The notes under the pieces: generated by a model
What the model was told of the DNA's origin: nothing
The model's database searches: none
What the model saw: the letters and a program-made list of their open reading frames with translations, nothing else
Translations under genes and position numbers: made by a program
Origin: a virus
Taxonomy: Duplodnaviria > Caudoviricetes
Length of the DNA stretch: 38,550 nt
Reading direction: 5' to 3' (one strand)
IMG/VR virus record: IMGVR_UViG_3300020045_005743
Location: 1 to 38,550 of that record
Part shown: positions 16,580 to 24,220 of the stretch, one piece after another
Layout: each line of letters begins with the position of its first letter
How positions within the stretch are numbered: position 1 is the stretch's first letter

Positions 16580-16922
16580 ACTCGCCTCCCTGATTCATGG
16601 CGAAGGCATAGGCGCTCATCATCCGATAGAAGTGGGGAAGGTATCGGTCACCCATTCGGACCCTAACCGCGTCCGCATACTCAATCCCATTCCGCTGACA
16701 GTGGGCTTTAACGCCATGCAGGATAGTTGTATGATCGCGGCCTCCCAACCGCCGCCCTGCCTCTGGATATGAGACGTGCGGGCATTCAGTGAAGACGCGG
16801 TAGTAAATCTCTTGCCGGGGCCAAGCGTAGGCCCTCTGGCGGCAAGCCCCTAAAAGCACAGCCACGGAAAGCCCATGCTTTGCAGCGACCTCCCGCACAA
16901 TATCGGCAACTGAAGTTCTCAT
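16563..16922 (-). CDS. Stand-alone DnaA C-terminal (domain IV) HTH protein
   Basis: IVREVA...LLG..RQRAYAWPRQ...SYPEAGRRLGGRDHTTILHG. Confidence 0.85.
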   Translation of the reverse strand: MRTSVADIVREVAAKHGLSVAVLLGACRQRAYAWPRQEIYYRVFTECPHVSYPEAGRRLGGRDHTTILHGVKAHCQRNGIEYADAVRVRMGDRYLPHFYRMMSAYAFAMNQGGEYASAA

Positions 16923-17311
16923 GTCTCTCTCCCCTTGGGCTTCCGCTGGAAGCCGCGTGAAGCTATTTTCTGTTTAGGGCCTCCGACTGGAAACCCGCGT
17001 GATTGGATAAGGCCGTGGCCCCGGTTCTGGCGTCTGGCCCATTGGCCTTTCTCGCCACCCATGCGCTTTGATTTGGCGATGCGGGCCACGTCATCCCCGG
17101 TCTTGTCTGTCCGGTGACACGTCTTGTGTGCCACCCTCAGATTGTCGTCATCGTCGTTGAAGGCCAAAGCCCAAGGGATGATATGGTCTAGCTCGTAATC
17201 CTCTCCCGCGAGAACCTTCCGCTTGCACAGGTAACAAACGCCACCGTCACGGGCGAACAGGCGCAAGCGGCGAGCCTTGGTCATGGCGGGGCGTTTGGGT
17301 TTGTCGGTCAT
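16919..17311 (-). CDS. HNH endonuclease
   Basis: RDGGVCYLC...ELDHIIP...DDNLRVAHKTCH. Confidence 0.85.
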   Translation of the reverse strand: MTDKPKRPAMTKARRLRLFARDGGVCYLCKRKVLAGEDYELDHIIPWALAFNDDDDNLRVAHKTCHRTDKTGDDVARIAKSKRMGGEKGQWARRQNRGHGLIQSRGFPVGGPKQKIASRGFQRKPKGRET

Positions 17312-17715
17312 CGCAGCGGAAAGCCCCAACGGCGAAGCGTCTGCATCACGTCATCGGCACGATTACAGACGGCATAACGGTGGCCAATCACGGCCATATC
17401 TGCTAGGAAGTCTTGCTGTTCGGTGGTCGCTTTTCCGCGCCCGGCTTTCAGTTCTATGACGCCATAACGAGGGAACGCGCGCACCACAGGAACATCGGAA
17501 AACCGGGCCGGCTCCGAGGTTTGCTCAATCCAGATAAAATGAAGGTCCGGAACGCCTGGCGTAAGGCCCATTTTCTGAAAGCGCCAACGCTGCATTTTGG
17601 ACAGATTACCGCCGTTCGGGCAGTACCAGAACCGGGCTGGCTTGATCGTCCGCAAAGTCAGTTCGGCCACGACGGCCTCTTGCAAGTCAGCTTCAGGCGT
17701 TTTCCTCACCGACAA
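17308..17715 (-). CDS. VRR-NUC family nuclease (putative resolvase)
   Basis: EADLQ...PNGG...GLTPGVPDL...IELKAGRGKATTEQQDF. Confidence 0.85.
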   Translation of the reverse strand: MSVRKTPEADLQEAVVAELTLRTIKPARFWYCPNGGNLSKMQRWRFQKMGLTPGVPDLHFIWIEQTSEPARFSDVPVVRAFPRYGVIELKAGRGKATTEQQDFLADMAVIGHRYAVCNRADDVMQTLRRWGFPLR

Positions 17716-17743
17716 GCCCTCTCATCTATCCAAGGGGATACGG

Positions 17744-17881
17744 TCATGACCAACTCGCGATGAAAGCGCCGATGCTGTTCAGCCCATAAAGAACCGCGAA
17801 CCCGTACTGTTTTCGGCTCGTCGCGAGGGCAGAGAAGCCCGACAAAAGGACAGCGCAAAGAAAGAGCAAGGTGCCGATCAT
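17744..17881 (-). CDS. Small 2-TM membrane protein, 45 aa (not in ORF track)
   Basis: MIGTLLFLCAVLLSGFSALATSRKQYGFAVLYGLNSIGAFIASWS; ATGA coupling. Confidence 0.5.
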   Translation of the reverse strand: MIGTLLFLCAVLLSGFSALATSRKQYGFAVLYGLNSIGAFIASWS

Positions 17882-18150
17882 TTTCCCGACTCGATCCGCA
17901 ATTCTTCCACCGACAAAGCCCTAAGAGCCTTGTAGATCGGAGCGACCGCCTTCTTTTGGCGCTTGGCCTTCACCAGCGAGAGTTTCAGCGCGTCACGCTC
18001 ACGGGCGATAGCTGCAAGCCTTTCGGTCTTCCGCCGATGTTCCGTGAAGAAATCAGCCGAAGCCCAATCAGGGTTAGCCGGGTATGTCTCAGCGGGCCTA
18101 CGGAAGAAGCCGTATTGACGGAAAAGAAGTCGCTTAAGCCAACCGATCAT
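17878..18150 (-). CDS. Hypothetical protein
   Basis: Coupled ORF. Confidence 0.6.
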   Translation of the reverse strand: MIGWLKRLLFRQYGFFRRPAETYPANPDWASADFFTEHRRKTERLAAIARERDALKLSLVKAKRQKKAVAPIYKALRALSVEELRIESGK

Positions 18151-18338
18151 CGTGCAGCCCTCTCTTGCTTCAGAATAGCGTTCCGCGCTCGCTGGACACC
18201 CTCTCGCCGCGTTCTGTCCCGCGACTCTTGATAGACCTTAATTCCGGCCTTCAGGGTCTCGATTTCCGCACCCCATCGGTCCATATTGACGCGCTCCCAA
18301 GGTGTTAGATGCGCCTCCCAATCGTACTTCCTAGCCAT
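18147..18338 (-). CDS. Hypothetical protein, first gene of the leftward operon
   Basis: RBS AGGAGG. Confidence 0.65.
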   Translation of the reverse strand: MARKYDWEAHLTPWERVNMDRWGAEIETLKAGIKVYQESRDRTRREGVQRARNAILKQERAAR

Positions 18339-18362
18339 GCGGCCTCCTGTTTCAGTAAGCGA

Positions 18363-18391
18363 AGCCTAGACCGGACAAATCGCCAGCGCAA
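18363..18391 (-). promoter_or_regulatory. Leftward promoter of the divergent pair
   Basis: TTGCGC-N17-TAGGCT on the minus strand. Confidence 0.6.
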
Positions 18392-18404
18392 CCGAAAAAA
18401 GGTG

Positions 18405-18456
18405 TTGACGCCATCCCGGCTCGGGTGCTTAATGTCTCCAACAGGGAGACGAACCG
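18405..18456 (+). promoter_or_regulatory. Promoter-leader cassette B (rightward)
   Basis: TTGACG-N17(..CGGGTG)-CTTAAT...CCAACAGGGAGACGA. Confidence 0.7.
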
Positions 18457-18630
18457 ATGACCAGCCGCAAGCCGCAAGCGCCAGTCTGCAATGGAGCGCG
18501 AGGCCCGCGCCGTTATCGTGCAACCGAGGCTGACCGTCTCGCTCAGCACGAAGCCGAAATCAACGCTCGCATTGCTGCCAACTATGCTTGGGACCGCGAC
18601 TGCGACGAACTGCCGTGGGGAGGTGCGTGA
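18457..18630 (+). CDS. Small hypothetical protein, 57 aa (not in ORF track)
   Basis: MTSRKPQAPV...LPWGGA; strong RBS; TGATG coupling to the next gene. Confidence 0.6.
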   Translation: MTSRKPQAPVCNGARGPRRYRATEADRLAQHEAEINARIAANYAWDRDCDELPWGGA

Positions 18631-18893
18631 TGCGCTACGAGGACACAATCCAATCAGAAACGGGCCGCTGCGATTGCGGTGTTCGTGTCGATGAAGGCGA
18701 TAACTACGGGGCTGACGGCGACTGGCTTTGCCATGATTGCTACGCCGACCGCAAAGAGGCTGGCGAAGAGATGGATGCCATTTTCAACGACGAACCCCTC
18801 TCCCTCGCCAAGCCTGTAAAGACGGATTGGCTGGCTGTGGCGTCGTCCATTATCGATACGGACGCTTATCCGTTCAATGCAGGGGTTTGGTGA
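18630..18893 (+). CDS. Zn-finger-like hypothetical protein
   Basis: CDC...CHDC. Confidence 0.6.
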   Translation: MRYEDTIQSETGRCDCGVRVDEGDNYGADGDWLCHDCYADRKEAGEEMDAIFNDEPLSLAKPVKTDWLAVASSIIDTDAYPFNAGVW

Positions 18894-19240
18894 TGAGGTG
18901 CGACTTCAAGCCGGGCGATGAAATCGTGTGCGTTAACGACGGCCCGATTGACGGACGCCTTGGGTGGCAAGCGAACATTAGGGCTGGAGAGATTTACACC
19001 GTCTCTGCTGTTGGGATTGTTCCGCCTCCCCATCCGCAATGGGGAATGGTGACTGTGCACCTTGTCGGCGTCTCTCATGTGTGCCGGACGCATGGTATCG
19101 AGGTTGGATACCGAGCGGACCGCTTCCGCAAGGTAGAGCGCCGCAACGACAGCCTGTCGATTGAAGCCTTCCTGACGATCAAGCCGGGACAGTTTGAAGA
19201 ACCCCGCAAAGCCCCTGCAAAGAAACGGGAGAAGGTGTGA
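18893..19240 (+). CDS. Hypothetical protein (FKPGDEIVCV...YRADRFRK family)
   Basis: TGATG coupling; SH3-like beta pattern. Confidence 0.65.
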   Translation: MRCDFKPGDEIVCVNDGPIDGRLGWQANIRAGEIYTVSAVGIVPPPHPQWGMVTVHLVGVSHVCRTHGIEVGYRADRFRKVERRNDSLSIEAFLTIKPGQFEEPRKAPAKKREKV

Positions 19241-19416
19241 TGGTTAATCCGTCATGGGAATGTGAAGGTCCCTACTGTGTGCCAGACCGAAAGGGCGGAG
19301 CGGATTGTTCCGACTGTCCGCTGTGCCGCGAACTCGAAGAGGCCGCCGCCCGCGAGTATCACAACATGGAAGTGTCGCCGGTTTATTTTCCGTCAGACCG
19401 CGTGGAGGTCAAGTGA
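19240..19416 (+). CDS. Small Cys-rich hypothetical protein (not in ORF track)
   Basis: MVNPSWECEGPYC...CSDCPLC; coupled at both ends. Confidence 0.5.
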   Translation: MVNPSWECEGPYCVPDRKGGADCSDCPLCRELEEAAAREYHNMEVSPVYFPSDRVEVK

Positions 19417-19610
19417 CCGACATCATCGAATCCATGCGCGGCCTGCGCAATCATTCTCTGAATTTCGAGACGGCGATGAGCGCGTTAACGGTGGCTATCG
19501 GAAACGTGGAGAGGCTCGCCGATCTAACCCCCGAACAACAATCACGCTTGCGTCAAGCTGTAATCAGGCTGGCCAATGCAGAGCGTAAACACGCCAAAGG
19601 AGCCGAATGA
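19413..19610 (+). CDS. Hypothetical protein
   Basis: GGAGG RBS and GTG start. Confidence 0.55.
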   Translation: MTDIIESMRGLRNHSLNFETAMSALTVAIGNVERLADLTPEQQSRLRQAVIRLANAERKHAKGAE

Positions 19611-19837
19611 TGAAGGTGCCGACTTATCGCCTCTGCTTCAATCAGGCTCCCCATTGTAAAGACTGGTGGTCTGTTGAGCGCAAAGGGCTTTTCGGGTGGA
19701 GCACGGTGAAGGATTACAGATGCGTAATCCATCCGGGCTTCATCCCAAACCGCTGCTTTGAAAGCAAAGCGGAGGCGGAGGCATGGATAGTGGAAGCCAA
19801 AAGGCCCCGCGTTCACCAATGTGGACCGGCGCAATGA
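19607..19837 (+). CDS. Hypothetical protein
   Basis: AAAGGAG RBS; coupled. Confidence 0.55.
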   Translation: MMKVPTYRLCFNQAPHCKDWWSVERKGLFGWSTVKDYRCVIHPGFIPNRCFESKAEAEAWIVEAKRPRVHQCGPAQ

Positions 19838-20076
19838 CTGAGCGCGCACTAATCATTTTCCGCGACAACCAACTCTGGATAGATGACGCAGGTGTCTACG
19901 AACCTACAACCCGGTTCCGCGCCGTCCTTCTCCGAGAGCATTTCCTAGAAAGGACAAGAGAGGTTGAGGGTATGCCCGCTCCGCTCTCTGCACGGTACGC
20001 GGCTGACTGCCAATCGGCCCTCGCTCAATACGAACAGCACCAGAAGGAACAGCAATGCGTAGCAGCGAAAGCCTAG
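19834..20076 (+). CDS. Hypothetical protein
   Basis: ATGA coupling. Confidence 0.5.
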   Translation: MTERALIIFRDNQLWIDDAGVYEPTTRFRAVLLREHFLERTREVEGMPAPLSARYAADCQSALAQYEQHQKEQQCVAAKA

Positions 20077-20738
20077 CCAAGATCAGCCCGGCGCTGGTCA
20101 AGGCCATCAACGCAATCGAGGGGGTTAAGAAGGGGGCTGATAACCCGTTCTTCAAATCCAAGTATGCGAATCTCGAAAGCGTCATTGAGGCCGCGCACGG
20201 TGCGCTAGGGGACAACGGGCTGGCCGTGATGCAAGGTCCCGGCCCGATGGACGGCAACTGCATCACCCTGACCACACGGCTTATCCATGAGAGCGGGGAG
20301 TGGATCGAAACCGACTTCTCCCTTCCTGCTGGAAAGATGGACCCGCAAGCCGCCGGATCGGCAATCACCTATGCCCGTCGTTATTCGCTCATGGCCATGC
20401 TGAACATGCCTGCCGTGGATGATGACGGGGAGGCGTCGATGCGCCGGAATGCCCCGCCCTCTAACCGGGCCGGAAAGCAGGAAGACACCCACGGGCCTGA
20501 TTGGCCAAACCTGACTAACCCGTCATCCATCACGTCCAATGCGGCGAAGAAGGATGAGGCGTTGGTGAAGGCGTCGATTGACGTGAAGTCGCGGCTGGAT
20601 TTTGCCCCTACGGTTCGCGATTTGGAATCGTTGATTAGCGACGTAACCCCGACCGTTGCGAAGTTCCCTGAGACGTGGCGGCGGGTGCTTTGGGGAGAGT
20701 ATTCTGCTACATTGGCAGAGTTGAAGGCGGCGGAATAA
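20055..20738 (+). CDS. erf: ERF-family single-strand annealing protein
   Basis: NPFFKSKYANL...DPQAAGSAITYARRYSL...DDDG. Confidence 0.9.
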   Translation: MRSSESLAKISPALVKAINAIEGVKKGADNPFFKSKYANLESVIEAAHGALGDNGLAVMQGPGPMDGNCITLTTRLIHESGEWIETDFSLPAGKMDPQAAGSAITYARRYSLMAMLNMPAVDDDGEASMRRNAPPSNRAGKQEDTHGPDWPNLTNPSSITSNAAKKDEALVKASIDVKSRLDFAPTVRDLESLISDVTPTVAKFPETWRRVLWGEYSATLAELKAAE

Positions 20739-20783
20739 CCCGCCGATTAGGACCGCTGCGGCGGCTGACAGATTGGAAGACAG

Positions 20784-21098
20784 ATGGCCTACGAGAAACG
20801 CCCCGGTGACTTGGCCGTGTTCAAGAATGACCGGAAGGAAAAAGAAACCCACCCCGATTACACGATCACCGGCTTGACCCTTGATGGTCGCCCGATGAAG
20901 GGTGCGCTCTGGCTGAAAGAGGGCCGCGACGGCAAAAAGTTCATGGCCGGTAAGATCGAGGTCGATGAATACGCCGAGAACAAAAGCCGTGGAGGAAGTG
21001 CGGACGTTCGTGAGGGAAGTACGCAAAGTGTGGCCGGGCGTGATCGTGACCGTCAACACTACGACCTGAACGACGACGTACCGTTCATTCTCTGGTGA
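20784..21098 (+). CDS. Putative ssDNA-binding protein
   Basis: FKNDRKEKETHPDY..G...ALW and an acidic DLNDDVPF tail. Confidence 0.7.
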   Translation: MAYEKRPGDLAVFKNDRKEKETHPDYTITGLTLDGRPMKGALWLKEGRDGKKFMAGKIEVDEYAENKSRGGSADVREGSTQSVAGRDRDRQHYDLNDDVPFILW

Positions 21099-21490
21099 CC
21101 GACCGCGCCGTCATCACTCTGCGTTCACAAGCTGACCGAGACAGGGCCAGCAAGTGGGCGCAGGGCGTCCCTACAGGCTCAAAGGTAGTCTTTCATGGAC
21201 CACAACGAAGCATCGACCAGAACAGCGCCCTATGGGCCGCTCTCGGGGACATTGCCAGACAGAGAGATTATCACGGTCTCAAGCTCTCGCCTGATGACTG
21301 GAAAATCCTGTTTCTGGACGCCTTGGACCGTGAGACCCGGATGGTCCCAAACCTCGACGGAACGGGCATGGTCGCCATAGGCCGGTCATCGTCCAGCCTA
21401 AGCGTTGAGGAGTTTACCGGCTTGCTCAGTCTGATTTACGAATGGGGCAACCGCAACGGTATTGTTTGGAGCGATAAGCCAGATGAATGA
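21095..21490 (+). CDS. ninB: NinB/Orf-family recombination protein
   Basis: RSIDQNSALWAALGDIARQ...DWK..F...SSSLSVEEFTGLLSLIYEWG. Confidence 0.85.
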   Translation: MTDRAVITLRSQADRDRASKWAQGVPTGSKVVFHGPQRSIDQNSALWAALGDIARQRDYHGLKLSPDDWKILFLDALDRETRMVPNLDGTGMVAIGRSSSSLSVEEFTGLLSLIYEWGNRNGIVWSDKPDE

Positions 21491-21671
21491 CGGTTACGAC
21501 CCGCTTGCATCCGTAAGAACCTACGCCTGTAGGAAAAGCCAGCTTGCCCGCGATAAATGGCTCGCCTTCCGTGAAAGCCAAGGAATGCCAGTCCGTCAGA
21601 TGGTTGAGAAACATGCTCAAGTGCCGGGAGAGTTTGCGCGGCAGTTTGCGAAGATGCGGGCGGGAAAATAA
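21483..21671 (+). CDS. Hypothetical protein
   Basis: Coupled to ninB. Confidence 0.45.
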   Translation: MNDGYDPLASVRTYACRKSQLARDKWLAFRESQGMPVRQMVEKHAQVPGEFARQFAKMRAGK

Positions 21672-21684
21672 ATCACAGCGGGGA

Positions 21685-21737
21685 TTGACGCGACCGGTCG
21701 CGGGTGTATGTTTGGCCTCAACAAAGGGAGACGATCT
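21685..21737 (+). promoter_or_regulatory. Promoter-leader cassette C with a perfect 14-bp palindrome
   Basis: TTGACG-N16-TATGTT...CAACAAAGGGAGACGA; CGCGACCGGTCGCG at 21689-21702. Confidence 0.72.
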
Positions 21738-21992
21738 ATGACCACCGCCACGCAAACCGCCCCGCTTTCCTTCCCCAAGTTTGGGGAATGCAAGTCGCAG
21801 AGCGAGCAAATCGTTCGTGAGACTGTTTGGTACAAAGAAAACATCAACAGCCCCGCGCGCTTCGTTAAAAGCGATACGGGTCTGTGGTTTTGGACGGTCG
21901 GAGAGGGCCAATATGCTGGCGCTTCGATGAAGCGGAAAGACTGCAAGGCTCATTACAAGGCCTTTATGGCTCAAGTGGAGGCGCTAAAATGA
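21738..21992 (+). CDS. Hypothetical protein
   Basis: Starts MTTATQ after the cassette RBS. Confidence 0.65.
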   Translation: MTTATQTAPLSFPKFGECKSQSEQIVRETVWYKENINSPARFVKSDTGLWFWTVGEGQYAGASMKRKDCKAHYKAFMAQVEALK

Positions 21993-22285
21993 GCGCCCTC
22001 CAGTCGACGCCGGGACCGTGGCATTTGAACGAAAACCCACGCTTTGTGGAGGGGCCAGAACACAACGTTGTTGCTCAGGTCTATTCACTCCACGGAATGA
22101 AGGGAAATGAAGAAGCCAACGCCCGACTGATAGCTGCCGCCCCGGAAATGCTAGAGGCCTTAAAGGGGTTGAAGGCCTCGTTTGGCGACCCAATGACGCG
22201 GAGAGCGCTTGGGGGCCATAATGAGCGGCAACAAGCCGCCATACTCGCTGCGTCCGCTGTCATCGCCAAGGCTAAAGGTGGGTGA
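21989..22285 (+). CDS. Hypothetical protein, STPGPW...ANARLIAAAPEML family
   Basis: Paralogous to 11967..12404. Confidence 0.65.
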   Translation: MSALQSTPGPWHLNENPRFVEGPEHNVVAQVYSLHGMKGNEEANARLIAAAPEMLEALKGLKASFGDPMTRRALGGHNERQQAAILAASAVIAKAKGG

Positions 22286-22479
22286 GCTCGATGAGCAAGA
22301 CTCTTCAAAAACAAATCGAACGCTCACGCCAAGCCAAAGCAGGAAGCAAGCGCGTTGAGGTAGTGCTAGACCGATACGACGCCGACCAACTTTTCGCGTG
22401 GGCCAAGGATTCGGAGATTACCGTAGCTGAGGCCGTCAGGATCGCTGTGTCTGAGGCCCTTAAGGCAAGGGGCCGATAG
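22282..22479 (+). CDS. Ribbon-helix-helix (CopG-like) DNA-binding protein
   Basis: KRVEVVLD-helix-ITVAEAVRIAV. Confidence 0.55.
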   Translation: MSSMSKTLQKQIERSRQAKAGSKRVEVVLDRYDADQLFAWAKDSEITVAEAVRIAVSEALKARGR

Positions 22480-22501
22480 CGGATAAGCCGGAGTTAGACT
22501 G

Positions 22502-22993
22502 ATGGTGAGAAAGGGTCCGCGTCCGAAGGTGCACGACGAAGAGTATTTTCGTAGCAACGTAGAATACGATACGAACGGCGGCTGCTGGCTGTGGCTGGCA
22601 ACCAAGTCTTCTTCAGGCTACGGAATTCTTTGGCATGAAAGGCGGTGGCAAAAGGCGCACAGAGTCTCGTATGAGGCTGTTTATGGCCCCGGCTCTGCTG
22701 ATGGATGGGTTGTTCGCCACAAATGCGACGTGCGTTCTTGTGTGAATCCAGAGCACCTAGAAATCGGGACACAGGCCGATAACTCGCGGGACGCTATAAA
22801 TCGCGGGCGTCATGCCAGAGGCGAACGGCACGGAAGCGCCAAGCTAACGGCGGACGATGTGAGGGCGATTCGGGCTGAGTTTGTCCAGCGAAGCAGGACT
22901 TCTGGCGGAGGGGCTCTTGGTCGCCGCTTCGGCGTAAGCACCGATACGATAGGCGACATCATTCGCGGCAAAAGCTGGACGTGTTTGGCGTAA
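22502..22993 (+). CDS. HNH homing endonuclease with C-terminal HTH
   Basis: GCWLW...GYG...AHRVSY...VRHKCDVRSCVNPEHLEIGTQADN; AKLT...FGVS. Confidence 0.9.
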   Translation: MVRKGPRPKVHDEEYFRSNVEYDTNGGCWLWLATKSSSGYGILWHERRWQKAHRVSYEAVYGPGSADGWVVRHKCDVRSCVNPEHLEIGTQADNSRDAINRGRHARGERHGSAKLTADDVRAIRAEFVQRSRTSGGGALGRRFGVSTDTIGDIIRGKSWTCLA

Positions 22994-23025
22994 GTCGCGG
23001 AATGCACTAAACAAAAAGATTGAAG

Positions 23026-23337
23026 ATGACAGAGACGATGTTAGAGCGCGCCGCAAAGGCGATTCTTGCCAAGGTGCCGTTCGGCTACATGAACGAGGCT
23101 GAGGCTGTCGTCTACGCCCGCGCTGCTCTTGAAGCTATTAGAGAGCCTGACGAGGCGATGATTGAGGCCGGGTGTTTGGCCGCGCAAGACGGAGTCGGTT
23201 GTACGCCGTGGAATAATGCTAATGCATGGAGCGACGGCACTGATGGCGCGTCCCGCCAAGGCGTTCGGGACTATGTGGCTCGCGCGCAAACCGCCATGAT
23301 CGACGCCATCCTCCCCCAATCACAAGAAGGGAAGTGA
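23026..23337 (+). CDS. Hypothetical protein (IREPDEAMIEAG motif)
   Basis: Recurring alphaproteobacterial phage motif. Confidence 0.6.
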   Translation: MTETMLERAAKAILAKVPFGYMNEAEAVVYARAALEAIREPDEAMIEAGCLAAQDGVGCTPWNNANAWSDGTDGASRQGVRDYVARAQTAMIDAILPQSQEGK

Positions 23338-23570
23338 CGATGCCAGACGGCATTCTAAAAAGCCGCGAAGAGATGGAGGCCGAAGAACGCGACTTTGCGC
23401 TGGCCGAAATGCAAGAGTCTCTGTGTAGGATGCGGGAATCTGGCAAGCGCCGAGAATGGATGCACAAGGGCGCGATGATTGCCTTAGCCGGTATCAACTC
23501 AGACGAGACAGGTCATGCGCTGGTTCTTCGGATCATGACTGAAATCGATGAAGCCGCAAAGCAACTATAA
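23334..23570 (+). CDS. Hypothetical protein
   Basis: Coupled ORF. Confidence 0.55.
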   Translation: MTMPDGILKSREEMEAEERDFALAEMQESLCRMRESGKRREWMHKGAMIALAGINSDETGHALVLRIMTEIDEAAKQL

Positions 23571-23606
23571 TCCGGCGCTTCCGTTAAGGAACAAAAGGAA
23601 ACCGCT

Positions 23607-23756
23607 ATGTCCTTCCTGTTTGTCCTGATGGTGCTTCTCGGCTTCATCGCCATGCTTTGCCACAAGCTTTCCGTTCCGCGTCTTCCTGAATGGCCAGCAT
23701 GGGCGCTATGGCTGGTAGCGGCTTTCTTGTGGGCCTTGCCACGCCTCAACGGCTAA
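23607..23756 (+). CDS. Small 2-TM membrane protein, 49 aa (not in ORF track)
   Basis: AAAGGA RBS; MSFLFVLMVLLGFIAML...WALWLVAAFLWALP; TATAAT upstream at 23566. Confidence 0.55.
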   Translation: MSFLFVLMVLLGFIAMLCHKLSVPRLPEWPAWALWLVAAFLWALPRLNG

Positions 23757-23824
23757 GGCATACTCTCAACCGCTCTAAGCCCCAGCTACGGCGTAAGGCT
23801 AGACGCAAACCAGACTGAGGACAC

Positions 23825-24220
23825 ATGGCAGGCGGTCGCCCTTCTGACTACACGCCAGAACTAGCGGCTGATATTTGTTCACGGCTCGCAAGCGGATCAT
23901 CGCTGCGGGCCATTTGTGCTTCTGATTCAATGCCTTCCGCATCATCGGTTTTCTTGTGGCTGACCAAGCATCAAGAGTTCTCGGATAACTACGCGAAAGC
24001 CGTTGATGAACGTGCTGCGGGTATGTTCGATGATATGCTCGACATTGCAGATCAGGTTGATCCAGAGGCCGCACACGTTGCCAAAGCGCGTCTCCGCGTT
24101 GACACACGCAAATGGGCGCTCGCTCGCATGAACCCCAAGAAGTACGGCGAGAAGGTTGAGCAGACCTTGCAAGGCCCTGATGGCGGCGCTCTCACGGTCA
24201 CATGGCTGAAACCCGAGTAA
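23825..24220 (+). CDS. terS: Terminase small subunit
   Basis: GRPSDYTPELAADIC..LASG.SLR.IC...MP; ARLRVDTRKW..ARMNPKKYG. Confidence 0.9.
   Translation: MAGGRPSDYTPELAADICSRLASGSSLRAICASDSMPSASSVFLWLTKHQEFSDNYAKAVDERAAGMFDDMLDIADQVDPEAAHVAKARLRVDTRKWALARMNPKKYGEKVEQTLQGPDGGALTVTWLKPE

Noticed and set aside
19282-19290. CCAGACCGA shared with the 37.85-kb structured element
   Set aside because: Only 9 nt and inside a coding region; expected by chance.
22502-22993. Group I intron around either HNH gene
   Set aside because: Flanking genes are intact and there is no room for an intron core; both appear free-standing.
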